A DNA stretch of 25,874 bases. Source: an uncultured archaeon (GTDB lineage: Archaea > Iainarchaeota > Iainarchaeia > Iainarchaeales > Iainarchaeaceae). This document shows, piece after piece, positions 1 through 9,077 of the stretch. Within the stretch, counting starts at the first letter, position 1, and each line of letters opens with the position of its first letter. The translations under genes and the position numbers were made by a program. The notes beneath the pieces are model-generated. The model searched no databases. It was not told where the DNA came from and saw only the letters and a program-made list of their open reading frames with translations. The stretch spans positions 1 through 25,874 of the forward strand of contig CAZHFT010000001.1 in NCBI GenBank assembly GCA_964531875.1, in the 5' to 3' direction.

Positions 1-343
1 AATTTGCAGAGTGCATTTTTCCTATTTCTTTTCCTGCTTTTTTACATATTTCTTTTGTATTATTTCCTTCTAATAATTCTGTTTTGAGTGTTTTTCCTGA
101 AATAAATTCTTGGGTAATTGCAAATTTTTTTAAGTCTACTTTGTAAACTACTGGGGTTCTTATTCCTGCTTTTTTTGCTTTTGAAAGAAGAGTGCATTCT
201 GTTCTAATTCTTTCTTTTAAAATTTTGTCATCTAGACTTTTTTCTCTGTACTTTTTTCTTTGTCTTTCTTTTACAACGCTTTCTCTTTCAATGTAAGTAG
301 TTTTGTAAATTTTTGCTTCTGCGCCTTGTTTTATTAATTGCAT
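1..343 (-). CDS. bud32: KEOPS kinase Bud32 (Kae1-associated kinase), 5' part only; runs off the left edge
   Basis: Not in the ORF track. Hand translation from ATG at 343: MQLIKQGAEAKIYKTTYIERESVVKERQRKKYREKSLDDKILKERIRTECTLLSKAKKAGIRTPVVYKVD...QEFISG...GKEIGKMHSAN. Contains the QGAEA loop, KxRxxKxYR and RxRxE motifs typical of Bud32/PRPK. Confidence 0.93.
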   Translation of the reverse strand, partial: MQLIKQGAEAKIYKTTYIERESVVKERQRKKYREKSLDDKILKERIRTECTLLSKAKKAGIRTPVVYKVDLKKFAITQEFISGKTLKTELLEGNNTKEICKKAGKEIGKMHSAN

Positions 344-356
344 AAAAATAGTTGTT

Positions 357-884
357 TTAGCAAATTGTTTTAAGCGTGTTGATGCTGTTTTCAAGCATTT
401 CAATGACTGTTTTTATTGTTTCTTCAAATGTTTTGTCTTGTAAATATTTAAACGATAATCCTGTAATCTTTTTTGCGGTTGTAAGTGCTTTTTTACCGTG
501 AATTAATGCAGTTTCTGCGTTTTTTTCTGCTGATTTAATTGAACCAGTTAGTCTACAATCAGGATTTGTTAAATCAATTCCTTGCATATGGCTGGAGTAG
601 GAAAGTAATTCTTTTTGCATTAAATTTAATTCTTTTTTTGTTTCAATTAAACTGGTTTCTGATTCATTCGCGCCTTGTAATTTATTCAATTCTATTGAAT
701 ATTCGTTTATTTTTGCAATAGTAGCAGGGGATAATTTTTCAGCACTTAAAATGTATCTTGAATCAAGAACTTTAAGTTGTTGCATACTTCCTCCTACTAA
801 TCCAAGGTACTGTGCTCCAAAATAAAATAAAACTATAATAATTATTGTTACTATTAAAAGTTTTTTTAATTTCAAAAAATTCAC
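357..884 (-). CDS. Hypothetical protein, N-terminal TM/signal anchor plus helical/coiled-coil domain
   Basis: 175-aa ORF with GTG start overlapping the upstream stop (GTGA). Hydrophobic stretch LLIVTIIIIVLFYFGA, then a helical K/E/L-rich region. Ends 13 nt before bud32. Confidence 0.75.
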   Translation of the reverse strand: MNFLKLKKLLIVTIIIIVLFYFGAQYLGLVGGSMQQLKVLDSRYILSAEKLSPATIAKINEYSIELNKLQGANESETSLIETKKELNLMQKELLSYSSHMQGIDLTNPDCRLTGSIKSAEKNAETALIHGKKALTTAKKITGLSFKYLQDKTFEETIKTVIEMLENSINTLKTIC

Positions 885-1651
885 CCGAGATAATCTAAAG
901 TTGCTTCAAATATCCCTCTGGTTTTTCCTACATTGTAATTAAAGTAAATGGTTTTTCCAAGCATTGTTTTTTTTTCAGAGATTCCAATATAACTTTTTTT
1001 ATTTGCTGCTGAACTTTGAATGTATGCAATTTCGGTTCCTAAATTGTCAACTTCAAAAGTTTCAAATGTAGCATTAAGGGTTTCTCCTGCGGGGAATTGT
1101 TCTATTCCTTGCATTATAGGGTGTTCTGTTGCTCTTATGAGTTTTCCGACTACAAGTTTTTTATTTGCACAAGTTAGTTCATTATCGCCTATTCGATTAC
1201 ATTTTACTGGAATTAAGTCTAAGAATGTTGGTTCCCATCCAATAACATCTTGAGTATCTGGTCTTTTGATTCCTGAATCTTTTATAACAATTAAATTTCC
1301 GCCTTTTTTAACAAAGTTTTGTAAGGCATCTCCAAGTTCTTTTGAAATTTCTTTTGTTGCTTCTTCGCTTTGGTCTAGCATAATTATTTTGTAGTCTTTT
1401 AATTGTTCTTCTGAATTTGCTTCAAGTGAATTAGCTGTTTTTGAAGTGTAATCTATTGTGTTTCTATTTTCGTTTAATATTTGTATTGTTTCTTGTGTGG
1501 TTGAACCAATCACCAGCATTTTGGTGGGTTCACTTCCTAAAAAATCCACTCCGCTAAAAGTAAAGAATGCAATTGCAATAATAATCAATAATCCTGCAAT
1601 AACACTGTATTTTATAATATCTTGATTTTGAGTTTCGGGTACGTCATCCAT
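881..1651 (-). CDS. Membrane-anchored hypothetical protein with class I GATase/ThuA-like (DUF4350-like) fold
   Basis: Likely start is ATG 1651 (MDDVPET; the track starts at TTG 1666). One TM (SVIAGLLIIIAIAFFTF), then LKDYKIIMLD...ALQNFVKKGGNLIVI and HPIMQGI, a pattern typical of GATase-like flavodoxin folds. Confidence 0.7.
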   Translation of the reverse strand: MDDVPETQNQDIIKYSVIAGLLIIIAIAFFTFSGVDFLGSEPTKMLVIGSTTQETIQILNENRNTIDYTSKTANSLEANSEEQLKDYKIIMLDQSEEATKEISKELGDALQNFVKKGGNLIVIKDSGIKRPDTQDVIGWEPTFLDLIPVKCNRIGDNELTCANKKLVVGKLIRATEHPIMQGIEQFPAGETLNATFETFEVDNLGTEIAYIQSSAANKKSYIGISEKKTMLGKTIYFNYNVGKTRGIFEATLDYLG

Positions 1652-1720
1652 GTTAATCAATTTCAATTAAAGTATTTCTTTATTTATTAACCTTTAGTTC
1701 TGCAAAATTAGTTTTTTTCT

Positions 1721-4129
1721 TTATTTAATTTGAATTTTTATTTCTGTTTCAGAGGTTTTCTCAAAAACAATTTCTTTGATTTTCATTGTTTGTTTTATGT
1801 CCTCTTCAATTTTTTCAAATTCAATTGTTTCATTTATTAATACTTTTACTTTTTCAAGTTCTGCATTCATTGCTAATGCGTTTTCTGATTTGTATTTTCT
1901 TATTGCAGTAATAATTTTTTTTGTTATTTCGCCTAATTTTTCCGCTTCTTCATTAATCAAGTTTTCTTCTATTTCTGGCCATTTTTCTAGGTGTACTGAT
2001 TTTGTTGTTAATTGGTCTTTAAAGTTTTCTTGGAAAATTTCTTCGGTTATGTGTGGAACAAACGGAGCAAGTAATTTTATCATTTCTGAAAATATTTTTA
2101 CTAAAACAATTTTTGCTGCTTTAGTTTCATTTGTTTCTTTTTCAGCGTATACTCTGTGTTTAACTTCTTCAATGTAAAAGTCTGCAAATTCTAACCAAAA
2201 AAAGTTTCTTACTCCTCCAAGTGCTTTTGAGAACTCGTATTTTTCAAGCGAATTTGTTGCTTCTTTTTTTACTTTCGAAAATCTACTTAAAATCCATTTG
2301 TCAATTTCGCGTAAATCGTTTTTATTAAATTCACTTAATTTTACTCCTTTTGTTTGCATTGTAACAAATTTAGTGGCATTTGCAAGTTTGGTTAAGAATT
2401 TTTTCCCTGAAATAAATTCTTTTTCTTGGAATGGTAAGTCTTCTCCTAATGACCCTGCTGCTGCCCAATACCTAAGCATATCTGCCGAGTATTTTTGAAT
2501 CATTTCTACTGGGTCAATTGCATTCCCAAGACTCTTTGACATTTTCCTTCCCTTTGCATCTAATGCATGTCCTGAAACCATTATGTCTTTCCAAGGTAAT
2601 GTTCCTGAATGGAAGTATCCTTTTACAATTGTGTTAAATGCCCACAGGGTAATTATGTCATGTGCTTGTGGTCTCAAGCTCATTGGGTAAAGTTTTTTGT
2701 GAAAATCCTTGTCAGTAGCCCATTTTGAGTTAATTTGAGGAGTTAATGAAGAGGTTGCCCAAGTATCAAGAACGTCTTTTTCTGGAATAAATTCTTTACA
2801 ACCACATTTTGGACATTTTTCAATTAATGGTTTTTTTTCTATTGGGTCAATTGGTAGTTGTTCTTCACTTGCAAGTATTGTTTCTCCACATTCTTTACAA
2901 TACCAAACCGGAAAAGGAATTCCAAAAAATCGTTGTCTTGAAATACTCCAATCCCATTGAAGTCCTTTAATCCAATTATCATACCTAACTTTCATGTGTT
3001 TGGGGTGCCATTGTAGTCCATTTCCTTTTTTCAAAAATTCTTCTTTTAAATCCAAGTATTTTATGAACCATTGTTTTGTGTTCATTATTTCTATTTCTGT
3101 TTTGCATCTTTCATGAACCTTAACTGCGTGTCTAATTGGTTTTTGTTCAAGTAATAATCCCGCATCTTTTAAATCTTGAATTATTTCTTTTCTTGCTTCT
3201 TTAATTTTCATTCCTGCGTATTTTCCTGCTAATTCAGTCATTCTTCCGTCTCGAGTAAAACTCATTTTTAATGGCAAATTATGTGCAAAGTACCATTCCA
3301 TATCAGTTTGGTCTCCAAAAGTACAACACATTACTACTCCTGTTCCTTTTTCAGGGTCAACTCTTTCATCTTCTAAAACAGTTACTTCAAAACCAAATAA
3401 TGGAACAATTGCTTTTTTTCCAAGCAATTCTTTTTTTCTTTTATCAGTCGGGTGAATAAAAACAGCTACACAACTAGAAAGTAATTCTGGTCTAGTAGTA
3501 GAAATTACAACATCTTTTCCATCTATTTTGAAAACAATATCGTTGAATACACTATCAAGTTCAACATCTTCAAGTTCTGCTTGTGCAATTGCAGTTTCAC
3601 ATTTTGGACACCACATTGATGGTGCTTCTTTTCTGTATGCTCTTTCTTTTTTATAAATTTCTAAAAAACTTTTTTGACTTGTTTTTCTTGCTAATTCATC
3701 AATTGTTCGGTAAAGAAGACTCCAATCAACGCTTAATCCAAGTTGTTCAAAATCATTAAGCATTGTTTTTTCGAATTTTTTTGTTTCCTCTAAGCAAATT
3801 TTTATGAATTCGTCTCGAGTAAAATCTTTTGCTCTTATTTTTTTACTTTTTTCAACAAGTCTTTCAGTAGCTAATCCATTATCATCAAACCCGAAAGGAT
3901 AAAAAACATTGAATCCTTGCATTCTTTTAAATCTCGCAATAAAATCTGCTTGAGTATAAGAAAAAGCATGTCCTAAATGCATTTTTCCGCTTACAGTTGG
4001 TGGAGGGGTATCAATAGAATAAATGCTTCCATCCCTTTTAGAATCGAAATCGTAAACTTTATCAGTTTCCCATTTTTTTTGCCATTTAGCTTCTATTTCT
4101 AAAAAATTAATTCCTTTTCCTTTAGCCAT
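1721..4129 (-). CDS. valS: Valyl-tRNA synthetase, archaeal type
   Basis: SIDTPPPTVSG, HLGH (HIGH), TTRPE, DWSISRQR, DVLDTWATSS, RPQAHDII and KMSKS motifs. 802 aa, without the bacterial C-terminal coiled coil. Confidence 0.97.
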   Translation of the reverse strand: MAKGKGINFLEIEAKWQKKWETDKVYDFDSKRDGSIYSIDTPPPTVSGKMHLGHAFSYTQADFIARFKRMQGFNVFYPFGFDDNGLATERLVEKSKKIRAKDFTRDEFIKICLEETKKFEKTMLNDFEQLGLSVDWSLLYRTIDELARKTSQKSFLEIYKKERAYRKEAPSMWCPKCETAIAQAELEDVELDSVFNDIVFKIDGKDVVISTTRPELLSSCVAVFIHPTDKRKKELLGKKAIVPLFGFEVTVLEDERVDPEKGTGVVMCCTFGDQTDMEWYFAHNLPLKMSFTRDGRMTELAGKYAGMKIKEARKEIIQDLKDAGLLLEQKPIRHAVKVHERCKTEIEIMNTKQWFIKYLDLKEEFLKKGNGLQWHPKHMKVRYDNWIKGLQWDWSISRQRFFGIPFPVWYCKECGETILASEEQLPIDPIEKKPLIEKCPKCGCKEFIPEKDVLDTWATSSLTPQINSKWATDKDFHKKLYPMSLRPQAHDIITLWAFNTIVKGYFHSGTLPWKDIMVSGHALDAKGRKMSKSLGNAIDPVEMIQKYSADMLRYWAAAGSLGEDLPFQEKEFISGKKFLTKLANATKFVTMQTKGVKLSEFNKNDLREIDKWILSRFSKVKKEATNSLEKYEFSKALGGVRNFFWLEFADFYIEEVKHRVYAEKETNETKAAKIVLVKIFSEMIKLLAPFVPHITEEIFQENFKDQLTTKSVHLEKWPEIEENLINEEAEKLGEITKKIITAIRKYKSENALAMNAELEKVKVLINETIEFEKIEEDIKQTMKIKEIVFEKTSETEIKIQIK

Positions 4130-4259
4130 TAAAAAATCAATCCTATAAGTAGATAAATTAACTTAGAATAAGCTTTAAATAAGTGTTTTGAGAACGATAT
4201 AAACCACTCAAAATAATGAGTTAGAAAGAGTATTTAAGACGAGCTGGTTTATGCATTAG

Positions 4260-5375
4260 TTATTCAAAAAACCCTTTGATTTTGCCAAAGATTCCTTTTC
4301 GGTTTTTTTGAGTTTCTTCTTCTTTTTTAAGTTGTTCAAATAATTCTTTCATTTTTTTGCTTGGTTTTTTTGGTGTTTTTACAAGAACTCTTATGTATTG
4401 GTCTCCATAAGTATTGTAATTCACGTGTTTGATTCCTTTTCCTTTCATTTTGAAAAGAGTAGTTGATTGTGTTCCTGCTGGAACTTTTAATTTTGCTTTT
4501 CCTTTTAAAGTTGGAACTTCTATTTCGCTTCCAAGAGCTGCTTCTGAGAATGAAATTGGTGCTTCCATAAAAACATCATATCCATCTCTTTTGAATATTT
4601 CGTGTGGTTCAACATAAATAATTACTATTAAATCTCCTGCTCCAGCATCGCCTTCGTGTCCTTGACCTCGTACATGTAAATTGTTTCCTGTGTCGATTCC
4701 TTCAGGAATAGTAATCGTAATTTTTTTCTTTTTCAATACTTTACCTTTTCCATTACATTCTTGACAATGTTCAGAAATAGTTTTTCCTTTTCCTTTACAT
4801 TCACTACAGGTTCCTTGTGTTTGAATCATTCCTAAAAAAGTTTTTCTTATTTTTTTTTCGATTCCTGTTCCTGCACAAGTCGAACAAGTAGTTACTCTGG
4901 TTCCTGGTTTTGCTCCAGTTCCATCACAAACATCACATTTAGAAATTCTTTCTATTTCAACTTCTTTTTTTGTTCCAAAAACAGCTTCTTCAAAAGTTAA
5001 ACCCATTTTTAATACAATATTTTCTCCTCTTTGAGGACCACGTCTTCCTCCTCCAAAAATATCAGAGAATCCGCCTCCGCCAAATGAATTAAAAATATCT
5101 GAAAAATCAAAGTCTTGACCTCCTCCGAAACCAGAGAATCCGCCTCCGCCACCAAATCGTTCTGATTGTTCACCAAATTGGTCATAGTTTCTTCTTTTTT
5201 GTTCGTCGCCAAGAGTTGAATAAGCATGTTGAATGTCTTTAAATTTTTGTTCGGCTTCAGATTCTTTATTTATGTCTGGGTGATACTTTTTAGCGAGTTT
5301 TTTGTAAGCACGTCTAATTTCATCCTGTGACGCTCCTTTTTGTACTCCTAAAGTACTGTAGTAATCCGTTGCCAT
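4260..5375 (-). CDS. dnaJ: Chaperone DnaJ (class A)
   Basis: J-domain with HPD, G/F-rich region, four CxxCxGxG zinc repeats and C-terminal domain. Confidence 0.98.
   Translation of the reverse strand: MATDYYSTLGVQKGASQDEIRRAYKKLAKKYHPDINKESEAEQKFKDIQHAYSTLGDEQKRRNYDQFGEQSERFGGGGGFSGFGGGQDFDFSDIFNSFGGGGFSDIFGGGRRGPQRGENIVLKMGLTFEEAVFGTKKEVEIERISKCDVCDGTGAKPGTRVTTCSTCAGTGIEKKIRKTFLGMIQTQGTCSECKGKGKTISEHCQECNGKGKVLKKKKITITIPEGIDTGNNLHVRGQGHEGDAGAGDLIVIIYVEPHEIFKRDGYDVFMEAPISFSEAALGSEIEVPTLKGKAKLKVPAGTQSTTLFKMKGKGIKHVNYNTYGDQYIRVLVKTPKKPSKKMKELFEQLKKEEETQKNRKGIFGKIKGFFE
5063..5151. repeat. Perfect 20-bp direct repeat inside the dnaJ G/F linker
   Basis: CAGAGAATCCGCCTCCGCCA at 5063-5082 and at 5132-5151; encodes GGGGFS twice. 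Confidence 0.85.
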
Positions 5376-5416
5376 TCAAAATCAGCTATAAAAATTAATC
5401 TAAAAGAAGAAGGGGT

Positions 5417-7282
5417 TTATTCCTTCTTCTTTTTATCTTCTTCTGTGAATTCTGCATCAACAACTTTTTCGTCTTTCTTTTCTTCTTTTTGTGAGGTATC
5501 TTTTGGTTGTTGTTTTGCAGCTTCTTCCTGAGCTTTTTTATAAAGTTCTGCAGATGCTTCTTGAATTTCCTTGTTTAATTCATCAAGTTTTGTTTTTATT
5601 AAGGAAACATCTTTTTCTTTTGGTTCTAATAATTTCTTTAATTCATCATTTTTAGCTTGGATTGAACTTAGTTTATCTTCAGCTATTTTTCCTTTCATTT
5701 CTTCAAGCATTTTTTCAGTAGAAAAAACAGTTGCATCAGCTGTGTTTAAGGTTTCAATTTTTTCCTTATTTTTCTTATCTTCTTCAGCATGTGCTTCAGC
5801 ATCTTTCTTCATTTTTTCTATTTCTTCATTAGTTAATTTATTAGAAGCAACAATTTTGATGGTTTGTTCTTTTCCTGTTCCAAGGTCTTTTGCAGAAACA
5901 TTAACTATTCCATTTGCATCAATATCAAAAGCCACTTCAATTTGTGGAACTCCTCTTTGAGCAGGGGGAATACCAACTAATTGGAATCTTCCAAGAGTTT
6001 TGTTTCCTGAAGCCATTTCTCTTTCTCCTTGCAAAACATGAATATCCACTGCTGGTTGATTATCTGAAGCAGTAGAAAAGATTTGACTTTTCTTTGTTGG
6101 TACAGTAGTGTTTCTTTGAATTAATGGAGTTCGTATTCCTCCAAGGGTTTCTATTCCAAGTGTTAAAGGAGTAACATCAAGTAAAAGAACATCTTTAACT
6201 TCTCCAGAAAGAACTCCTCCTTGAATTGCTGCACCCATTGCAACACATTCCATTGGGTCTACTCCGTGTTCAACTTTTTTGCCTACTTCTTTTTCAATGA
6301 ATTTTTTAACACTAGGCATTCTTGTTGGTCCACCAACTAAAACAATTGTACTTATTTCTCCTGCAGTAAGTTTTGCATCAGCAAGCGCTTGATGAATAGG
6401 TTTATCGCATTTAGCAATTATTGGAGCTACTAATTCTTCAAGTTTTGCTCTATTAAGTTTCATTTGGATATGTTTTGGTCCTTCATTTGTAGCAGTAATA
6501 TAAGGTAAGTTAATTTCAGTTTCAAGAGTAGTGGATAACTCAATTTTTGCTTTCTCTGCTGCTTCAGTTACTCTTTGCATTGCTGCTTTATCTTTTGAAA
6601 GGTCAAAGTTTTCATTTTTTTTGAATTCTTCAAGAATATATTTTGTAAGAACTTCATCCATGTCTCTTCCGCCAAGATTAGTATCTCCTGATGTACTTTT
6701 TACTTCAAAAACTCCTTCTTCATAATCCATTACAGTAACATCAAGTGTTCCTCCACCTAAATCAAAAACAAGAATTTTGAAGTTCTGGTTTTTTTTATCT
6801 AATCCGTACGCAAGTGATGCTGAAGTTGGTTCGTTTACTATTCTTTCAACTTTAAGTCCAGCAATTTCTCCTGCGTCTTTAGTTGCTTGTCTTTGAGCAT
6901 CATCAAAGTAAGCAGGAACAGTAATTACTGCTTTTTCTACAGTATCGCCTAAAAAAGATTCAGCGTCCTTTTTGATTTTTTGAAGAACAAAAGCAGATAA
7001 TTGTTGAGGAGTGTATTCTTTACCATTAGAAGAATATTTTTGATTAGTGCCCATTTTTCTTTTAAACCCAGAAAAAGTATTTTCAGGATTTGTTACGGCC
7101 TGTCTTCTTGCAGGTTCTCCAACAAGCATTTCACCATCTTTTGTAAACGCTACAATGCTTGGAAATGCTTTTCCATAAGCAGTATTTCCTTCTGCAGAAG
7201 GTATTATTTTTGGTTTTCCTCCTTCAAGAACAGCCGCAGCCGAATTCGAAGTTCCTAAATCAATTCCAATTATTTTTGCCAT
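5417..7282 (-). CDS. dnaK: Chaperone DnaK (Hsp70)
   Basis: [42 protein letters not shown] and C-terminal VDAEF. Lacks the ~24-aa N-terminal insert of Gram-negative DnaK, as in archaeal and Firmicute forms. SD GGAGTGA upstream. Confidence 0.98.
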   Translation of the reverse strand: MAKIIGIDLGTSNSAAAVLEGGKPKIIPSAEGNTAYGKAFPSIVAFTKDGEMLVGEPARRQAVTNPENTFSGFKRKMGTNQKYSSNGKEYTPQQLSAFVLQKIKKDAESFLGDTVEKAVITVPAYFDDAQRQATKDAGEIAGLKVERIVNEPTSASLAYGLDKKNQNFKILVFDLGGGTLDVTVMDYEEGVFEVKSTSGDTNLGGRDMDEVLTKYILEEFKKNENFDLSKDKAAMQRVTEAAEKAKIELSTTLETEINLPYITATNEGPKHIQMKLNRAKLEELVAPIIAKCDKPIHQALADAKLTAGEISTIVLVGGPTRMPSVKKFIEKEVGKKVEHGVDPMECVAMGAAIQGGVLSGEVKDVLLLDVTPLTLGIETLGGIRTPLIQRNTTVPTKKSQIFSTASDNQPAVDIHVLQGEREMASGNKTLGRFQLVGIPPAQRGVPQIEVAFDIDANGIVNVSAKDLGTGKEQTIKIVASNKLTNEEIEKMKKDAEAHAEEDKKNKEKIETLNTADATVFSTEKMLEEMKGKIAEDKLSSIQAKNDELKKLLEPKEKDVSLIKTKLDELNKEIQEASAELYKKAQEEAAKQQPKDTSQKEEKKDEKVVDAEFTEEDKKKKE

Positions 7283-7296
7283 TTTTCATCACTCCT

Positions 7297-7340
7297 TCAC
7301 CGTTTGCGTCCGGTGATAACGCGTGCACCTTTGGTAGCAC
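7297..7340 (-). promoter_or_regulatory. Structured grpE-dnaK intergenic RNA (hairpin plus candidate H-type pseudoknot) next to the dnaK SD
   Basis: Minus strand GUGCUACCAAAGGUGCAC GCGUU A UCACCG GACGC AAA CGGUGA AGGAGUGAU. GC-rich island; pairings worked out by hand. Confidence 0.5.
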
Positions 7341-7879
7341 TAATTTATTTTGTTCACTTTAACCTTTGCAGGTCTAAGAATTTTATCATTTAATACATAT
7401 CCTTTCTGGAATTCCTCCAGAATATAATCATCTTTTTTATCTTTTTCATTTGCAGTCATCATACATTCATGAAAATTATGGTCGAATTTTTCTCCAACAC
7501 TATTAATTGATTTAACTCCTTGTTTTTCAAAAATTTTGAGTAATTGAGTTTTGATTTTTTCAAATCCCTCAGTCATTTCAGGGTTATTGCTTTTTTTTGA
7601 TTGATTTATCCCCTCAGAAATCGAGTCCACTAAAGGTAAAAATTCTTCAATCGTTCTTGCAGAAGCAAATTTAATAAACTCAATTCTTTCACGTTCATTT
7701 CTTTTTTGAAAGTTTTCAAATTCTGCTTGAATTCGTTGAAGTGATTCTTTATGTTCAGTAGATTTTTTTTCAAGATTTTTTAGTTCAGTATCTTGTTTAG
7801 AGTCTTTAGTTCCATGTTCCTTATTATGCAAAGAATTTTTAGAATCGTGTTTATTTTCATGTTTGTGTTCAAATTTCAT
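7340..7879 (-). CDS. grpE: Nucleotide exchange factor GrpE
   Basis: RIQAEFENFQKR, FDHNFHE and FQKGYVLNDKILRPAKVKV. Likely start is ATG 7879 (track starts at GTG 7888). Confidence 0.96.
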   Translation of the reverse strand: MKFEHKHENKHDSKNSLHNKEHGTKDSKQDTELKNLEKKSTEHKESLQRIQAEFENFQKRNERERIEFIKFASARTIEEFLPLVDSISEGINQSKKSNNPEMTEGFEKIKTQLLKIFEKQGVKSINSVGEKFDHNFHECMMTANEKDKKDDYILEEFQKGYVLNDKILRPAKVKVNKIN

Positions 7880-7904
7880 AAAAATCACTAAAATTGCTTA
7901 AAAA

Positions 7905-7912
7905 GTTTAAAC
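7905..7912 (-). promoter_or_regulatory. Putative TATA box for grpE-dnaK-dnaJ
   Basis: GTTTAAAC 26-33 nt upstream of the grpE ATG, consistent with a leaderless archaeal transcript. Confidence 0.5.
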
Positions 7913-7916
7913 AATA

Positions 7917-7931
7917 ACTAAATCTTTTAGT
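7917..7931. promoter_or_regulatory. Perfect 6-3-6 palindrome, candidate operator
   Basis: ACTAAA-TCT-TTTAGT lies between the two divergent TATA boxes. A second inverted repeat, CTTTT-AGTC-AAAAG (7924-7937), overlaps it. Confidence 0.45.
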
Positions 7932-7946
7932 CAAAAGGTTTTTAAA
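7932..7946 (+). promoter_or_regulatory. Putative BRE/TATA for the HTH regulator
   Basis: CAAAAGG-TTTTTAAA, ending about 23 nt upstream of ATG 7969; no SD. Confidence 0.5.
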
Positions 7947-7968
7947 CGTTTCACTCAAGTTTTAATTT

Positions 7969-8403
7969 ATGGTTGAACCTAAAAGAGCAACTTTCAAAAT
8001 AGTTATTAAAAAAGTTGAGAAACCATTTTCTAATGAATCAATTGATGATTTTGAATGGTTATGTCAAAGTCTTGGTTTTTTTGAATTAATTGATAGGGAA
8101 AAAACTGCGTCGGGTATTTTTAAGGTAATTCTTGCTGCTTCTGAACGCGGTGTGGCTCTTACTTCTTCTGCTATTGCTGAACAGGTAAACATGAGTCGTG
8201 GTTCTGTTATTAATCATTTAAATAATTTGATTCGTTCGGGTTTAATCATTAAAGTGGGTAGGTATTATGAGCCTCGTTCTAAATCAATGCTTCGTACTAT
8301 TGAAGAAATTCAAGAAGATGTTGATAGAATTTTTTCTAAAATGAAAAAAACTGCTGGTGAAATAGATTTTGAAATAGGTATTGCGCCTCCTTCAAATGAA
8401 TAG
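7969..8403 (+). CDS. Winged-HTH transcriptional regulator (ArsR/TrmB-like), divergent from grpE
   Basis: LTSSAIAEQVNMSRGSVINHLNNLIRSGLIIKVGRYYE is a HTH plus wing, followed by a C-terminal amphipathic/coiled-coil helix. Confidence 0.85.
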   Translation: MVEPKRATFKIVIKKVEKPFSNESIDDFEWLCQSLGFFELIDREKTASGIFKVILAASERGVALTSSAIAEQVNMSRGSVINHLNNLIRSGLIIKVGRYYEPRSKSMLRTIEEIQEDVDRIFSKMKKTAGEIDFEIGIAPPSNE

Positions 8404-8437
8404 CTAATTTTTTATACTATGCTTACTATTTTATTGC

Positions 8438-8893
8438 ATGAACAAATCTAAAATCATTAATGAAAGCTCTGTTTTAATTAAAGATAAAGCAAAAGAAAAA
8501 TTTGTTAGTGCTAAAAATGATTTACAACTCATTGCTTTTTGGATTGTTGAATTTTTTTTAACTTTGATTCTTGTTGGGGCAATTCTTTTGTATTTAGATG
8601 GTAGATTTAATACTATTGATTTTCCTTTTAATTTAATTATTTTTGCAGGAATTGGTTATGGTGTTCTTCATTTTTATCGTTATACTGAATCATTTAGAGA
8701 AGCAAGACAAATGAAACATAAGGGTACTTTCAAGTCTTTTGTTTTAGAATTCGTAATTTTTATTTTAATTATTGCTTCGACTTATATTTATCAAGATTCA
8801 ACCATCAATATTTTTCCTTATCCTTTTAATTTTATAATATTTTTAATTTTACTTTCAATTCCGCTTTATTTTTATATTAAAGAAAAAAATTGA
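8438..8893 (+). CDS. Hypothetical integral membrane protein (about 4 TM)
   Basis: Four hydrophobic segments arranged as two similar hairpins; T-ending codon usage matches the neighbouring plus-strand gene. Confidence 0.75.
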   Translation: MNKSKIINESSVLIKDKAKEKFVSAKNDLQLIAFWIVEFFLTLILVGAILLYLDGRFNTIDFPFNLIIFAGIGYGVLHFYRYTESFREARQMKHKGTFKSFVLEFVIFILIIASTYIYQDSTINIFPYPFNFIIFLILLSIPLYFYIKEKN

Positions 8894-9077
8894 TAAAAAT
8901 AGTATTTTAGATAATGAATTACGCGAACCTATATGTGTCATTTTTGAATACCCCCAAATACAGATTAATATATTTCGTTTAAAATTAACACTTAACTTTT
9001 TATAAATACAACTTTTTTTAACTACATAAAGTAACTACTTAACAGTCACAAATTAAATTTATTTTTTTGAAAAGTTT

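Noticed and set aside
4206-4221. ACTCA-N6-TGAGT inverted repeat between dnaJ and valS
   Set aside because: A 5-bp AT-rich stem is expected by chance and has no second copy.
5063-5151. 20-bp direct repeat as a possible CRISPR or mobile-element scar
   Set aside because: Only two copies, in frame within the DnaJ G/F linker; an ordinary slippage duplication.
7282-7342. grpE and dnaK are in the same frame with structured RNA after the UAG, suggesting a readthrough fusion
   Set aside because: Two in-frame UGA stops lie just before the dnaK AUG, and sharing a frame has a 1-in-3 chance.
8894-9077. AT-rich gap as a possible replication origin or tRNA locus
   Set aside because: No ORB-like repeats, no adjacent cdc6/orc1 and no cloverleaf were visible.
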